DNA of 64,000 nt from Haplodiscus bocki (taxonomy: Eukaryota), in the NCBI GenBank assembly GCA_965655095.1, contig OZ296652.1, positions 83,762,001 to 83,826,000 on the forward strand, in the 5' to 3' direction. The position numbers and the translations under genes were made by a program. Below, in pieces: positions 52,901 to 64,000 of this stretch. The notes beneath the pieces are model-generated. The model worked only from the letters and a program-made list of their open reading frames with translations, was not told the DNA's origin and did no database searches. Every line of letters begins with the position of its first letter. Within the stretch, counting starts at the first letter, position 1.

Positions 52901-55004
52901 TCCGAATTTCTGAGGATACCGCCAGAAGACTTGAAGAAGTCGACTTTTTGGTGTGACTCATGCACAGGGGTGGATTATTAAGAAAAAAAATTGCTGAAGT
53001 AATGTGGCTTTCAGAGACTGCTCAAAAGGTGGAAAATAAGGCTGTGAAATAGAAATGAGACGCTTTAGTTTTCGTCGTTTTAAATTCCATGTAAACAAGT
53101 TATCGAGGGTTTAAGTGACACAACTTCTGACTTTGCCTCTCAAGATTTGTGCTTATAAAATTGAGTTCAAAAGCTTGAAACTCTTGATAATTTGTGGTTT
53201 GTACACCCATCTTCTGTAATATTGATGTCAATATTCCAAACACAATCACTGAAATTTACAAAATCTTTTTTTTCGACTGTGCCATTTCATTTTTCAATTG
53301 GAATGCAATTTATGTATTAATGATTTTTTATCGCAGCCCTGTACTGGCTGTGGCTTATACGTAATGAAATATGGCACTGGAGGGGTTAGAATCGGTTGAC
53401 AGAACATCAATAACCTGAGATCCGTTGACGGATCATCAATTACCGTCACTCATCAGATTAACTGCAAGCAGTGATGATCATTGTGAGCAAAGCTTGTGGA
53501 AGCCAGTTGATGGAAATTATCACCAGTAAAACTGAACTTTTCAAAATCTTGTGATGTTTAAAAGGGACAGAACACAACGAATGCATCCAACATCCGAATA
53601 ATTGTTCCAAGTAGACGCAAATGGAAATTTTCCTCAGCAGAACTAGGAAATTCCACATGCTGACTAAATAAGTTTGTTACAAATAGTGCGACAAAAGTAT
53701 ATTAAACCATGCCATTCAATGGAAATGTCAGTCTGCAATGGAAAAGCCATTATCCGCATAGTGAATGTTTTGAACGCGAAAATTGGGGAGTGTCTGTCAC
53801 CGATTTGAAATGGACTTTAAAAATCGAGATTGACAACAAAAATGTCCAGTTACCATCAAGTAGGATTTTTCATTCTCGCACGCCTAACTGACCGGCAGTA
53901 GAATTTCACCATTCAATTTCAATCCGTTTTGGAAATGCGAAGCGCAAAATGTTTGGCATTGCAGTTTTCATGAAGAAGTTGATTGCGAAATTTTTTCATT
54001 CCCCTTTATATGTCTCTTCTTGTGGCTGCCAAATAATGTCTATGCTCGTCTATATCATCACTGGTATTTATTTTTGAGACGGTTATGGGCAAGAAAGTCT
54101 CAAAAAGTTTTCATTCTCATATTTTTCTTAATCCATAAAATGCTATCATTTATTTCTAATCGACATTATTTTTGATGTGAATAATAGAAGAATCTGAGAG
54201 CAACGCAAAGTCGGCGCTGCCCATCTCTGGAGCGCAAAAATTGTGGTAAACCATAGAAGGAGGTTATCAAAAAAGAGGTATCGAAATTTTTTTTTGTCTC
54301 TGGAAAATTTAGTGAGGGTGCTTTCTGGTGTTTCTGAAAGTTTTAAGTATCGAAAAAGTTTATAAGGAGGTGGTTATCACTATTTTTCGTCGAAAACTGT
54401 TTTGTCCCACAGTACTGAAAAATTTCGTTGATGGGACTTTTTGCAGTTTGCATGCTTTAAAATGATGTGCCAGCGAGAAATGAGGGTAAAAGTAGACAGT
54501 TCGTTGTGATCTTGAAAAAATACAAAGGAATACAAGAGTTGGTTTTGTATTTCATAAAGCGTCGATAAAACAGACTTGTTTTCATGCTAATTTCTGAATG
54601 ATTACCAGCATGTTCCGTCCATTGCCAACTTTCACGTAAAGGCTGCAAAATATGGTTATCAGTTAATTGGATAGGCATCTGGTGTCATTTTCAGTTGTGA
54701 ATGAAGATAATTGAGTTGTGAACAACAGATTTGGAAATTTGTTTGTGGCCGTGATCATCGATCGAGGAAAGAGTCCAACAAAATATTAGTTTTATGTTCT
54801 CTTGCTGGTAAAATTGGTCTTCTTGTTGTTTTTATCCAGCACAAAAGTTTAGTCATGTTTTTCAACAATTATGAAACTGGAACTGTGAAATTTTCCGATT
54901 ATAATTTTTGAAATTTTTAACATCTGGTGCAGTATTTATACTGCCTTCTCCGAAGTTAGCTTCCAAATCATTAAATTTCAATGCCGTTAGTCTAGCTAGG
55001 AAGC

Positions 55005-55895
55005 ATGGATTCAACTTTGAAGGGTGACATTTACTGCATTCTGAATGGAGTTTGTTTCCTGATGGCTGCTGCGTTCACAAGACACTCACATGTTGCAAAC
55101 CCGGAGCATTTTTTGTTCGCAAGAGTTCTCGCTTTTCTAGTCGGAGGTTTAATTTACTGCGTCTCCTCTAATGAGCTCGGGAAACTATTCACAGATCACA
55201 AGTTACTTGGGTTCACATGTTTGAATGGGTTTTTCACAGTGAACATGAACTTGACATACCTCTTAACTTTGAACCACTTGGCTACCAGCGATGCCTACGT
55301 CATCAATAGACTGCGAATTGTTGTTACCGGAATCTTGAGCGCGATACTATGCGACGATCCTTTTGGCATTTACAGCATATTCTGCACTTTTCTAATATTG
55401 TCCGGAGCTGTGCTAATTGCTGAGCCGGCTGCCCTTTATTCTTCAGCTGAGCGCAGTTACAATATTTCATACTCAGGTTACGTAATCATCTTTGCTGCTG
55501 TGTTTTTCGGTGGGGCCAACTCAGTGACGCTAAAATTAGCTCATAAAAATGACTGTTACGTGACGTCATCACAATTTATACTCTCATTTGGGGTGATGGG
55601 ATTGCTGCAATACGTGCTGTCGGGGTACATACCCGAAGATGTGTGCGAAATGTTTCTGACCGATTGGTTCACCTTGTCACTTCATGTGATTATTAGTGTG
55701 GGCACTCTTATGTTCTTCAAAAGATGTCTTGACTATATATCAGCTCAAAGATTTGCGATTGTGTCTTGTATCATCATTCCTATTTCCTACATCATCGATG
55801 CCCTCTTCATCTCTTTCACGATACGCCTGACCTCAATGATTGGAGCTGCTTTCGTCTTCGTGGGTGTGTACCTCTATGCTTCTCCGAACAAATAA
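55005..55895 (+). CDS. EamA/drug-metabolite transporter superfamily protein (SLC35G-like), 296 aa, intronless
   Basis: About 10 hydrophobic segments in two halves; LATSDAYVI..VVTGILSAILCDDP resembles the EamA/SLC35G motif; C-terminal ISYIIDALF..TSMIGAAFVFVGV. Confidence 0.8.
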   Translation: MDSTLKGDIYCILNGVCFLMAAAFTRHSHVANPEHFLFARVLAFLVGGLIYCVSSNELGKLFTDHKLLGFTCLNGFFTVNMNLTYLLTLNHLATSDAYVINRLRIVVTGILSAILCDDPFGIYSIFCTFLILSGAVLIAEPAALYSSAERSYNISYSGYVIIFAAVFFGGANSVTLKLAHKNDCYVTSSQFILSFGVMGLLQYVLSGYIPEDVCEMFLTDWFTLSLHVIISVGTLMFFKRCLDYISAQRFAIVSCIIIPISYIIDALFISFTIRLTSMIGAAFVFVGVYLYASPNK

Positions 55896-57859
55896 TCAAA
55901 GATAACCTCTCAAGCTCAATAAGGGAAACTTGCTATAAATTTTACAAATCTACATAATTTGGCCTTAGCATGATTTACCCTTTGCTGTTAATTTAAATAT
56001 TGTATAAATGAATAATATGCTTTGGTTTTGAAGTGCTATTGTTGGAATAATCTATTTTTGGTTCGCAGTTTTGACCAAAAAAAAAGTTCAAAAACTTGAG
56101 ACTCCTAGCAGGGATGGAGAATCATGGCATAAAACATTGCATGTTTTGAAATATAGAAAGAGAAGCATTTGCAGTTGGTTTTCCCTAAATTCAATTGCGT
56201 TCTCTGAAATTTTGCTGAATCAGCTGCTTGCAACGACCCTCAAGTACATGTACCATTCATATAAAAGTCATTTTTGCTCATCGTTGCGTCAGCCAGAGAG
56301 CTTGAACTTCATTGTGTAGCTTTTGAAAAGTATTGATTAATCCATCAGTTGAAGGAAATCTGTTTTAAATTAATTTAGCATCGATTTGAACTTAATACTG
56401 CAGTTATTGTGCAGTACTGCTAAAATAAACGCATAATTGACAACTATCAATTTCAAATATCACCTAAGCTATACAGTTTTCCGAAGATGTCCTTACTAAA
56501 AGTTACTTAGAATTTTATATAGTTTACAAACGTTTTTATTCGGACCTTTCACCAGCAGTGTTACAAAACTTAGGTGCGTATTTATTACACATTCTGACTT
56601 GAAGGAAGACTGTGTATTGGAAACCGGCTTATGCTTAGTTTTTTATCCTGTCCAAAAATTGCATTTTGTGGCGTCATCAGAGAGTAGCAGTGTAGTGAAA
56701 ACGATCAAAAATGACTTTTTTGAGACATTTGGCAGGTAGTTGTCTGTTTTCGCGTTGTAAATAGTGCTAATTTTGTAAACATGTGGTCTGAAAAATTGAA
56801 CAACAGCCTGCTAAAAAGACATCAATGTTTTGAATATGAAGCACTGTTCATTTCCGCGTTTTTTCGTGTTCAAATTTTAAACCTTGGTATCCCATTTGCC
56901 AAAACCTAAAAGACATTATTGGCAGATTAAATCTTCGAGTTGAGGCACTATGACAGGTGCTTGTCTCAATTCGAGTTTTTCGAACAAACTTTCGATTGGC
57001 ATCCAGTGTAGTAATTCTAAACGTGTCAATCAAATCTCCAATCGATTATGTTTTCAAAGTCTCTCAGGACCTTCGATGTGTAATTCTACTGATAAGTCAG
57101 AGTTTGTTAGAGTTCCCCTTCGCTTCTGTGTTCGAATTATAGCCTCGATCGAAATGAGGCAGCATTAGAATTTAAGCTTCACAAAAAAATGGTAGAAAAA
57201 TCTTAGAGCCCGCATGTGAATAGAAGCCACGCAACAAAATTGGAATCCAGACAAATTGAATCCAGGCCCTAAATGTTAGTGCACCTTTCTGGACATTATA
57301 TCCACAGAGATACTGGCCCAGAGGTATTTATAAAATTATATGATAAAACACTTGGAATTAGTTAGATTTGCAAAATCAATCGAAGTTTTCATCATTGGGC
57401 GAATAATATTTGCGTATTTATCGTAATTAGCCAATAAGATTTCTCAAGTTATGTATTTTTTGAGTACCTTGATTCGTTTCTTTTCATCAGGAAACTAGCG
57501 AACAATGTACTACTGTTTTTATTGTAACCCCACGTGGATGGCTGGCGGAATATAGGAAAGGGCATCATTTTTCTATGATGACTTGTCTAGACGGCATGAG
57601 TTTCGAAATTGAAATATGCCACATTTTTGACAAATCCCGATGGTCATCCAAAAAAAGGTTCTGTGAACTTTACTACGCTGATAGATTTCTATAACGAATT
57701 ATACCTGATCCAGGAGAAGGGTACCTACTCAAAACTATTTTGTTATTTTCCGTCGTAATATAACGAAAAGAAAGTTGTTCTGAGTGTGTAGACCTTTTTC
57801 TCCGGTGATTTGCCAATTCTGGCTTCGTCAACTAAAGAATTTTCGAGAAAAATATTCGT

Positions 57860-58020
57860 TCAAAATGCTCCGCTGGACACGTAGAATGCATTTTTGACAA
57901 CGCAGTCGTAAATTTTTCACTCAAAGTCCGAAAAAATTGTATAAATTTTTCAGAAAAGTTTTCGCTTTAAATGTTTTCCTGGACACAAAGAATGCAGTTT
58001 TGACAACACCAGATTTTTCT
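57860..58020 (+). repeat. Minisatellite-like repeat CTGGACAC.(T/A)AGAATGCA.TTTTGACAAC (2 units; related copy at 36563-36630)
   Basis: Direct sequence match among three sites. Confidence 0.7.
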
Positions 58021-58426
58021 AAATTGCCCAAAAATTCATAAATCTTTTTTGTTAATTATAAAAAATGTAATATTATAAATTATTGACTTTTTTCGGCTTT
58101 TGGTATCAGTTTTTTCCGCTATTTTGGTTCCTCAGGAACCAAAAATAACTTCGGAAATGTTTTTGCTGCAACAATTCATTCTATGATACTGGCATGCCAA
58201 AAAAGCAAAAGGTTTTGAGTTTCTTTGATGTTCACTTTTCTGGAGCTCACTTTTCTCCAAAATTACATGGTTCTTTCATTAAGGTCTCAGTGGACAACTT
58301 TTTACTTAAAGAGGACTTTTCAAAAGACAAGCCATCATTTTTTTTCTTTGCATCTGAATGCGGACTGGTTGAAAATGCCCTACACCCCTTTGACGGAAAT
58401 ATCGCAGTAACCTGATTGTAACCTTC

Positions 58427-58870
58427 AACAAGATGGCCGGCTGCCGTCGGCATTTTTTGCGCCTTCCCATTTTCGTAAAGAAGGCTTTTAAAAAGATGTT
58501 ATTTTTCTCGCAAAAAACACTCATCATATTTTCTAATTTTTCCAACATTCAAAATTTTTTGATTTCTTGCCAAAAACCCTGATAATTAGGACGGTAAAGA
58601 CATTTTCATGAAATAATACCAATTAATACACATTCTACAGCAAATTTGCCACCTGTAGTGATTTTGAAAAAATTCAAGTTTTTTTGAAAAAACTCATCTC
58701 TTTTTTCAAAAAGACCCAAATTTTGAACGTTTTGAGAAATCTTACTGTTTCAGTCACATTCGACGGCAAGTTTGGTACAATTTGGTGAATAATTGTACGT
58801 TGAGTAACGTGAACAAAGGAACTAACTGCCGATGTGGCGTGAAGGCAATTGGCAAACATCGGGTAAAAAA
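58427..58870 (-). mobile_element. Short (~445 bp) HINE/DINE-1-like element with both ends visible
   Basis: AACAAGA + hairpin GCCGGC-TGCC-GTCGGC at one end; inverted repeat CCGATGT...ACATCGG + GTAAAAAA at the other. Confidence 0.55.
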
Positions 58871-59440
58871 CGTCGGATACCCATTTGAGCGGAAGATTTT
58901 GCTTCCATATTTTATGATATGGCGCAAAATAAAAAAGCAGTGTAAAAGTTTTATTTGTTTTCAGTTTCGTAATTCAACTTAATCATTGGCAAAATCTTTA
59001 ATTGAGTCCAAGTGGAAATTGTAAATTCTTCACATTGAAATTTTGAAATGCGAAGTGATTGATTCGTGCCTGAACTCCTGAACAAAATCCTGAATAATGA
59101 ATTGCTCATCAGATGGCAGAGTGGAGAAGTCAAGATCTTAAATAACATTCATTATTACTTACACCAGGTTGATAGGATTACGTGAATACTCCGTTGAAAT
59201 TGACCGTGGGCGTTCAATAAATTGACCATTTTAAATTTTGTAAGCGTTAAGTATGAAACTCTTTGTTTTCGTTCATTTTAGCGGCAACTTGGTCAATTTG
59301 CATTATTTTGCGAAAATTTGTATAGTTTTTATAATTGGAAAAACGATCATGGTACGTTAAATTGGTCAACATTCATCGGAAACATTTTCAGAAAACGATC
59401 TGAAACTGTCAAATTATCTCCCGATACTACTCCACGCGGG

Positions 59441-60343
59441 ATGGCGGCTGGCGGAACTTCCCTTGAAATACCTTTAGATAATCTACAGTGTCAAGTTTGT
59501 TCCTGCAATGTAGTCGATCCCCGAAACCTTCCGTGTGGGCATTGGTTTTGTGGACCATTCAGAAGTTGTCTCACGAGTATGATAAGGGACAATGGAAACG
59601 TGGAATGCATTGCATGCAAACAAATCTTTCGCAACCTTGACATTAATGCTCTTGAAGTTAACGAGAGGGTTCTTAGCAAATTACATTTTGAGAACTTGAC
59701 AACTAAGTTGAATAGTATCATTTTAGATGGCTATTCGTGCAACGAACATATTACTAGCATCCTTTCTTATTTCTGTGAAAATTGCTCTGTGAAGCTTTGC
59801 AATATCTGTTGGCATAAACACAACGGTTCGCACAAGGTCATTCATATTAATGAGAAAAGGAAGCAGCTCTTGGTAGCATTATTGGAGACAGTTCAAAGAA
59901 AACGACAGTTGGAAAAGTATCAGAAGTTGACGAATAATGTGGAAAATTTGAAGAATTCTTTAGAGGAAGTTTCTGGGTTTTGTGAAAAATTCAGTGAAGA
60001 CGTGAATGCGAGCGTGGCCGCGTTGCAGAATTGCGAAAAGCAATTCCACACTTTGACAGCTAAGTCATCGAATATGGATGCAAAGCATATGAAAGAATTT
60101 TTCAATGACATTTCGGGCCACGTTGAGAGATCGAGCAACCAGACTGTGAGGTCGAGTTTGGCTGATTTAAAGGAAAACAGCCGCCTAAAAATGGGAGAAG
60201 TGTTGGACGAAATGAAGCATATGGATGCTCATGATCGGAAAAATCAGCCTCATAGCATTCACGGTTTGAAAACCTGCTTTCTGAATTTGAAGCATTGTAT
60301 TTCAAACGATAGAATTCACTCATACCATTATTTTAGGGAATGA
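59441..60343 (+). CDS. TRIM/RBCC-type E3 ligase (RING-HC, B-box2, coiled coil), 300 aa, intronless
   Basis: CQVC-x11-CGHWFC-x5-C-x12-CIAC RING; CNEH..YFCENCSVKLCNICWHKHNGSH B-box; heptad-rich helix follows. First ATG of the ORF is at 59441. Confidence 0.88.
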   Translation: MAAGGTSLEIPLDNLQCQVCSCNVVDPRNLPCGHWFCGPFRSCLTSMIRDNGNVECIACKQIFRNLDINALEVNERVLSKLHFENLTTKLNSIILDGYSCNEHITSILSYFCENCSVKLCNICWHKHNGSHKVIHINEKRKQLLVALLETVQRKRQLEKYQKLTNNVENLKNSLEEVSGFCEKFSEDVNASVAALQNCEKQFHTLTAKSSNMDAKHMKEFFNDISGHVERSSNQTVRSSLADLKENSRLKMGEVLDEMKHMDAHDRKNQPHSIHGLKTCFLNLKHCISNDRIHSYHYFRE

Positions 60344-62599
60344 ACCTGAGAAGTTGTTCCATGATAAAGAAGAAGCTGTGTCGAAACCGTTCACCAAACA
60401 ACCTCTGAAAAGATCTGAAGATGTTAGTTTCTAGAAATGTTATTCATTTGGAGAGTTAGGGATTTAGTTAGTCGCTACTGTTTCTTTTTTTTTCGATACG
60501 TTCGCACCTGGCATTTGTGCCTACATTCTAATGTTCTATTTTTGTTCATGGGCTGTCACTTTCCTGCAAATATTTTCACTCGCTCTCGCGTATTTGCCAA
60601 AACTTGTTCGGGTGGCCTGTCTTACAGCGTGAACTCTTGTATTATTTGAATTAACTGTGTTATTTCAATTTCTGTTTGTTTTAATCAGTAATTCTGGTAG
60701 TCCCGTGGCCTCTTTGATAATCAGTTATACTTGCTCGATTTGTTCACAAGTATTCCGTTGGCGCAAGTGTTGCGAAGCACTGATTCGCCTGTGTAAAATA
60801 CTGAATTTTCTTGAGTAAAGAATCCGAAACTATGGTTCCAGGTTTCCTTCTAAAAACACCTAATTTTTTTGGTGATACCCCAAGTTTTCCCTCTATTACT
60901 GCGGAACTTTCGCCATTTTAACGGGCATGCTTTTTAGCTGAGATGAAATTACCATAGAACTCGATTATACGACAACCTCGACAAAGTGATTACAGTTTTG
61001 CCATTTTATTGTTTAAAAAAAAATTCTTAACATGGCATAGCATTGTATTGTTTAAAATTGGATAATCATCATGGCAGCGCTAGCTCATTAAGGATTTTGT
61101 TGCTTTTGGTTGTGGATTGAGAACTCGCATTTGCTGTCAATTTTGGAAGTGCCAGCAAGCTCGTCTTACTGCTTTCTGCCTTCGATTTTTTTGTCGATTT
61201 CCTTTCCTTTATTCCCCCCCCCCCCGTTAACTTCTTGATTGCTAGAGAGAAAATCAAATTTCAAAAATCGTTCTTTAGCACAAAACGCCCTAAAATGATC
61301 CGTTCCCCTAAAGAACCTCATGTTTTTGATATCATATGATCAATGTTCAATGCATTTGAATTTTATTTTCGAATTTCACAAAAAAAAATTGGATTCCTGC
61401 TGTTGAGGGAAGTATCCTTACCTTAATAATTTAAAGTTCGGTACGAATATCTTCTAGCCGCGTTTTTTTTGTTAACCCATTTCAAAATCCGTGGAGTAGC
61501 CTGTTCAATAGCTTTTTCTGTTAATCTTGTCGTTTATTTCGGACTTCAAAACATTAGCCGCGACTTTTCCGAAGTACTTTTTTCAAAGATTATGGTTCGG
61601 ACTGCTACCGTCAACTATTACTCAATTATTCTCTGAGTGGCAGAGCTTGCATGATCCGTGGTTTTACATGAATTTTCTCGACTTGTTTTTCGAATTGCAA
61701 TAAAGTTTTATTAGCATGCTCTTCTGAAGGGGTTTTCTGAAAGACTCGTTCTTGGATTAGGACGATCTAATGCGCATTTGAAGCCTGGCAACGTGGAGAT
61801 TATGCTTAGTAGAAAGGTTGGAATGTCCCCACTTTTCCGCAAAATAACAACTTGTTATTGAAATATCCTAATTGTTTCAACTATCGGGCTGTCTTCAAAA
61901 TGTTTTCCTGGAACACTACCCATACTGCTACTATCTACTGCTGATTTGAGTACTTGCAACTTGATAATTCTGCTGAGTGACAGTGGGTGCTTGTTGTATT
62001 TTTCTGAAATAGCGTAGTTTCCTGTGGGAAACTTCAAAAGGTGTGTCTACTTTTTTGTCTGTGAAATCTTCTAAAGATAGTCAATCGGCAAGGCCACTAT
62101 CTAGTGCAATCTCGAATGCTACCGTGTAAAATGGCTACTCTGAAAATTTATTGAGCAACACAACCCTTGTTTTGACGATGACCGCCAAACATTATAGGCT
62201 GCTTTTCGAAATTTGAGATGGTATCACTTTCGTTCTCCTTCGATCTCTTTATTTTTCCGAATTTTTCTGAAAGTTTGACTGTTTCCGTTGTCAGTTCCTT
62301 TGATCCCAAATCTGATCAAACATAAATGTTCAAAGTTTTTTTTTCTGATCTCCAAATTTCCAAAAGAGTTGAAACTCGTTTCTGATCGTATCTGAAGGTG
62401 TTACAAAAATTTCCAGTACTCTTCCAGTAAATTAAGGATTTCGATCCTTTTTGGTTCCCATTTTTCCGGACCGCTTAGATTCTGTGCTCGCTTGCGAAAA
62501 AGTGTAATGGAACAGGATCCTCCACCAATGCTTTTTCCGATCAATTGAAAGCTAGCATTGGAAGCTCAGCTGTTCACAATTGCGGTTGTTGAAATGTCG

Positions 62600-64000
62600 T
62601 CTAAAATCGACTGGGGTTGCTCCATCAGGTTGCTTTGCAAGCGTGATCAACGAAGAGTTTTTAAAGCAGTAGGGATTGATTTATGAAGAATGTCTATCGT
62701 GGGATATTTTCAAGTCGAGTTTTGACAGTAAAGTCATTTCTCAATCATTTCCCATAGACAATCACTTTTCGAATTGCGTTCATTTGTAGCTAAATATAAA
62801 GCATGAAAGTAGAAAGTGTCCGGTGTCAAAAACTTCCGTTTTTATAATTTTTTGTGCAGAAAAACTCCACAGCGTTTTTCTATTTTCAATGAATCATTAG
62901 CGGTGTCTCTTTCAAGTTTGTTCTCAACGACTAACGGTTGTATTATAATCATCATCTGCTCATTGGAGGGCGCGCAATATGGAGAATTTGCAGAGAAGCA
63001 GGAATGTCCTGCTTTGGAGACGCTTTCCTTGAAAGATCTTGCCTTGTAATTTGAGTTTTCAAATTTTCCCCAAAGCTGTGGGGCCGATTGCAACGATGCA
63101 CTGCTTTTTGAACTGCCTGGAATATGGAGAGTCTGCGAAGATGCGGTAAGGTTCCACTTCATACATTTGGATCAAAGTATCCTAACTTGTCTTTCCCCAC
63201 TCAATTTTTTTCGTTGGGTATCCTGTTTCAAAGTCCTTTTCTTGGAGAGTCGTGGTTCCATTGTGGCTGTCCAGTGATCATTTCAATTCCAGCATTTTGG
63301 GTTTGAATACCTTCCAAGGGAAATCTCTCGACTTTTAATTTCCGTTTTGAAAATTTCAATTTGGTTTTCTCGACGACTATCCGTTGGATTGGAGCGACCT
63401 CGTGCTCATTTAAATGCGTCCTTTCTAGAGATTTTATGGGTAGAAGGTAGTTTTTTTCTTGAATTTTTCTGCGCAAATTATCTGCACTCGTACTTTGAAC
63501 TTCGCAAATTTTGTATTTGCATCTTTTTTCAAAGCTGTTTTTTCAGAAGACTACTAACTGCAGTGCGGCCATCCAGTATTCACACAAAAGACCTGAGTTA
63601 TCCGAAATTCTATGGAGCGTCAGTGATATCTTGTGTGCTAGTTTCCTCGCGAAATGTCTTGACTTGTCGTATGAATTTCCGACCAAAAATGCTAGTTTTT
63701 TTTCACCTGTTTTTTCCCTAGAGACTGAGGCTTTTCCCGAGTATCTAATGGTCCTTCAAAAGTCAATTGAGTGGTAACTTCTTGTTTTTTGCGATGTCTT
63801 CAAATTGGGGGAGTATTGAAATTCTTCTTACGTTTTCAAAATTTTTCTCACCGTCTGAGAGTTACTTTGCGGCTGTCCATTGCTTTACTTGAATCCTGAT
63901 GAAATTATTTGCTTTTGAAACGCTTCATCTTTCGTTTTTTCTCTCACTCGAAACATTTTTCTGTTATTTTTGCTGAAGAAACGTGTATTTGAATCAAGTA
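62600..64000 (+). mobile_element. Decayed Gypsy pol/RT remnant
   Basis: PGIWRVCED (~63116), HFGFEYLP (~63293) and GFLDD (~63363) in RT order across frameshifts. Confidence 0.45.

Noticed and set aside
59318-59440. N-terminal extension of the TRIM ORF
   Set aside because: Starts at TTG; the first ATG is 59441 and a TTTTCAG acceptor-like site lies at ~59390.

Overview
AT-rich, intron-containing animal genomic DNA; no prokaryotic operons, rRNA or CRISPR seen. The main feature is one 7-exon, ~40-kb Cys-loop (nicotinic acetylcholine receptor-like, non-alpha) subunit gene on + (5789..45715, 527 aa as reconstructed). Its signal-peptide exon appears to sit 28.5 kb upstream of the rest. That first intron is full of transposon remains: an old, compact Ty3/Gypsy element with 123-bp LTRs (26730..33327, -), split inside its gag zinc knuckle by an intact, young hAT DNA transposon (29858..32493; 8-bp TSD ATACCCAG); a solo-LTR-like unit carrying its own ORF; DINE-1/HINE-like (Helentron) elements with ~175-bp tandem arrays; and Copia- and LINE-like remnants. 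Downstream are an intronless EamA/SLC35G-like transporter (55005..55895) and an intronless RING-B-box-coiled-coil (TRIM) gene (59441..60343), plus more repeat debris. Most short ORFs in the track are noise. The most interesting items are the divergent receptor (ACh aromatic-box losses, extra extracellular cysteines, Pro at M2 2') and the nested, probably still active hAT.
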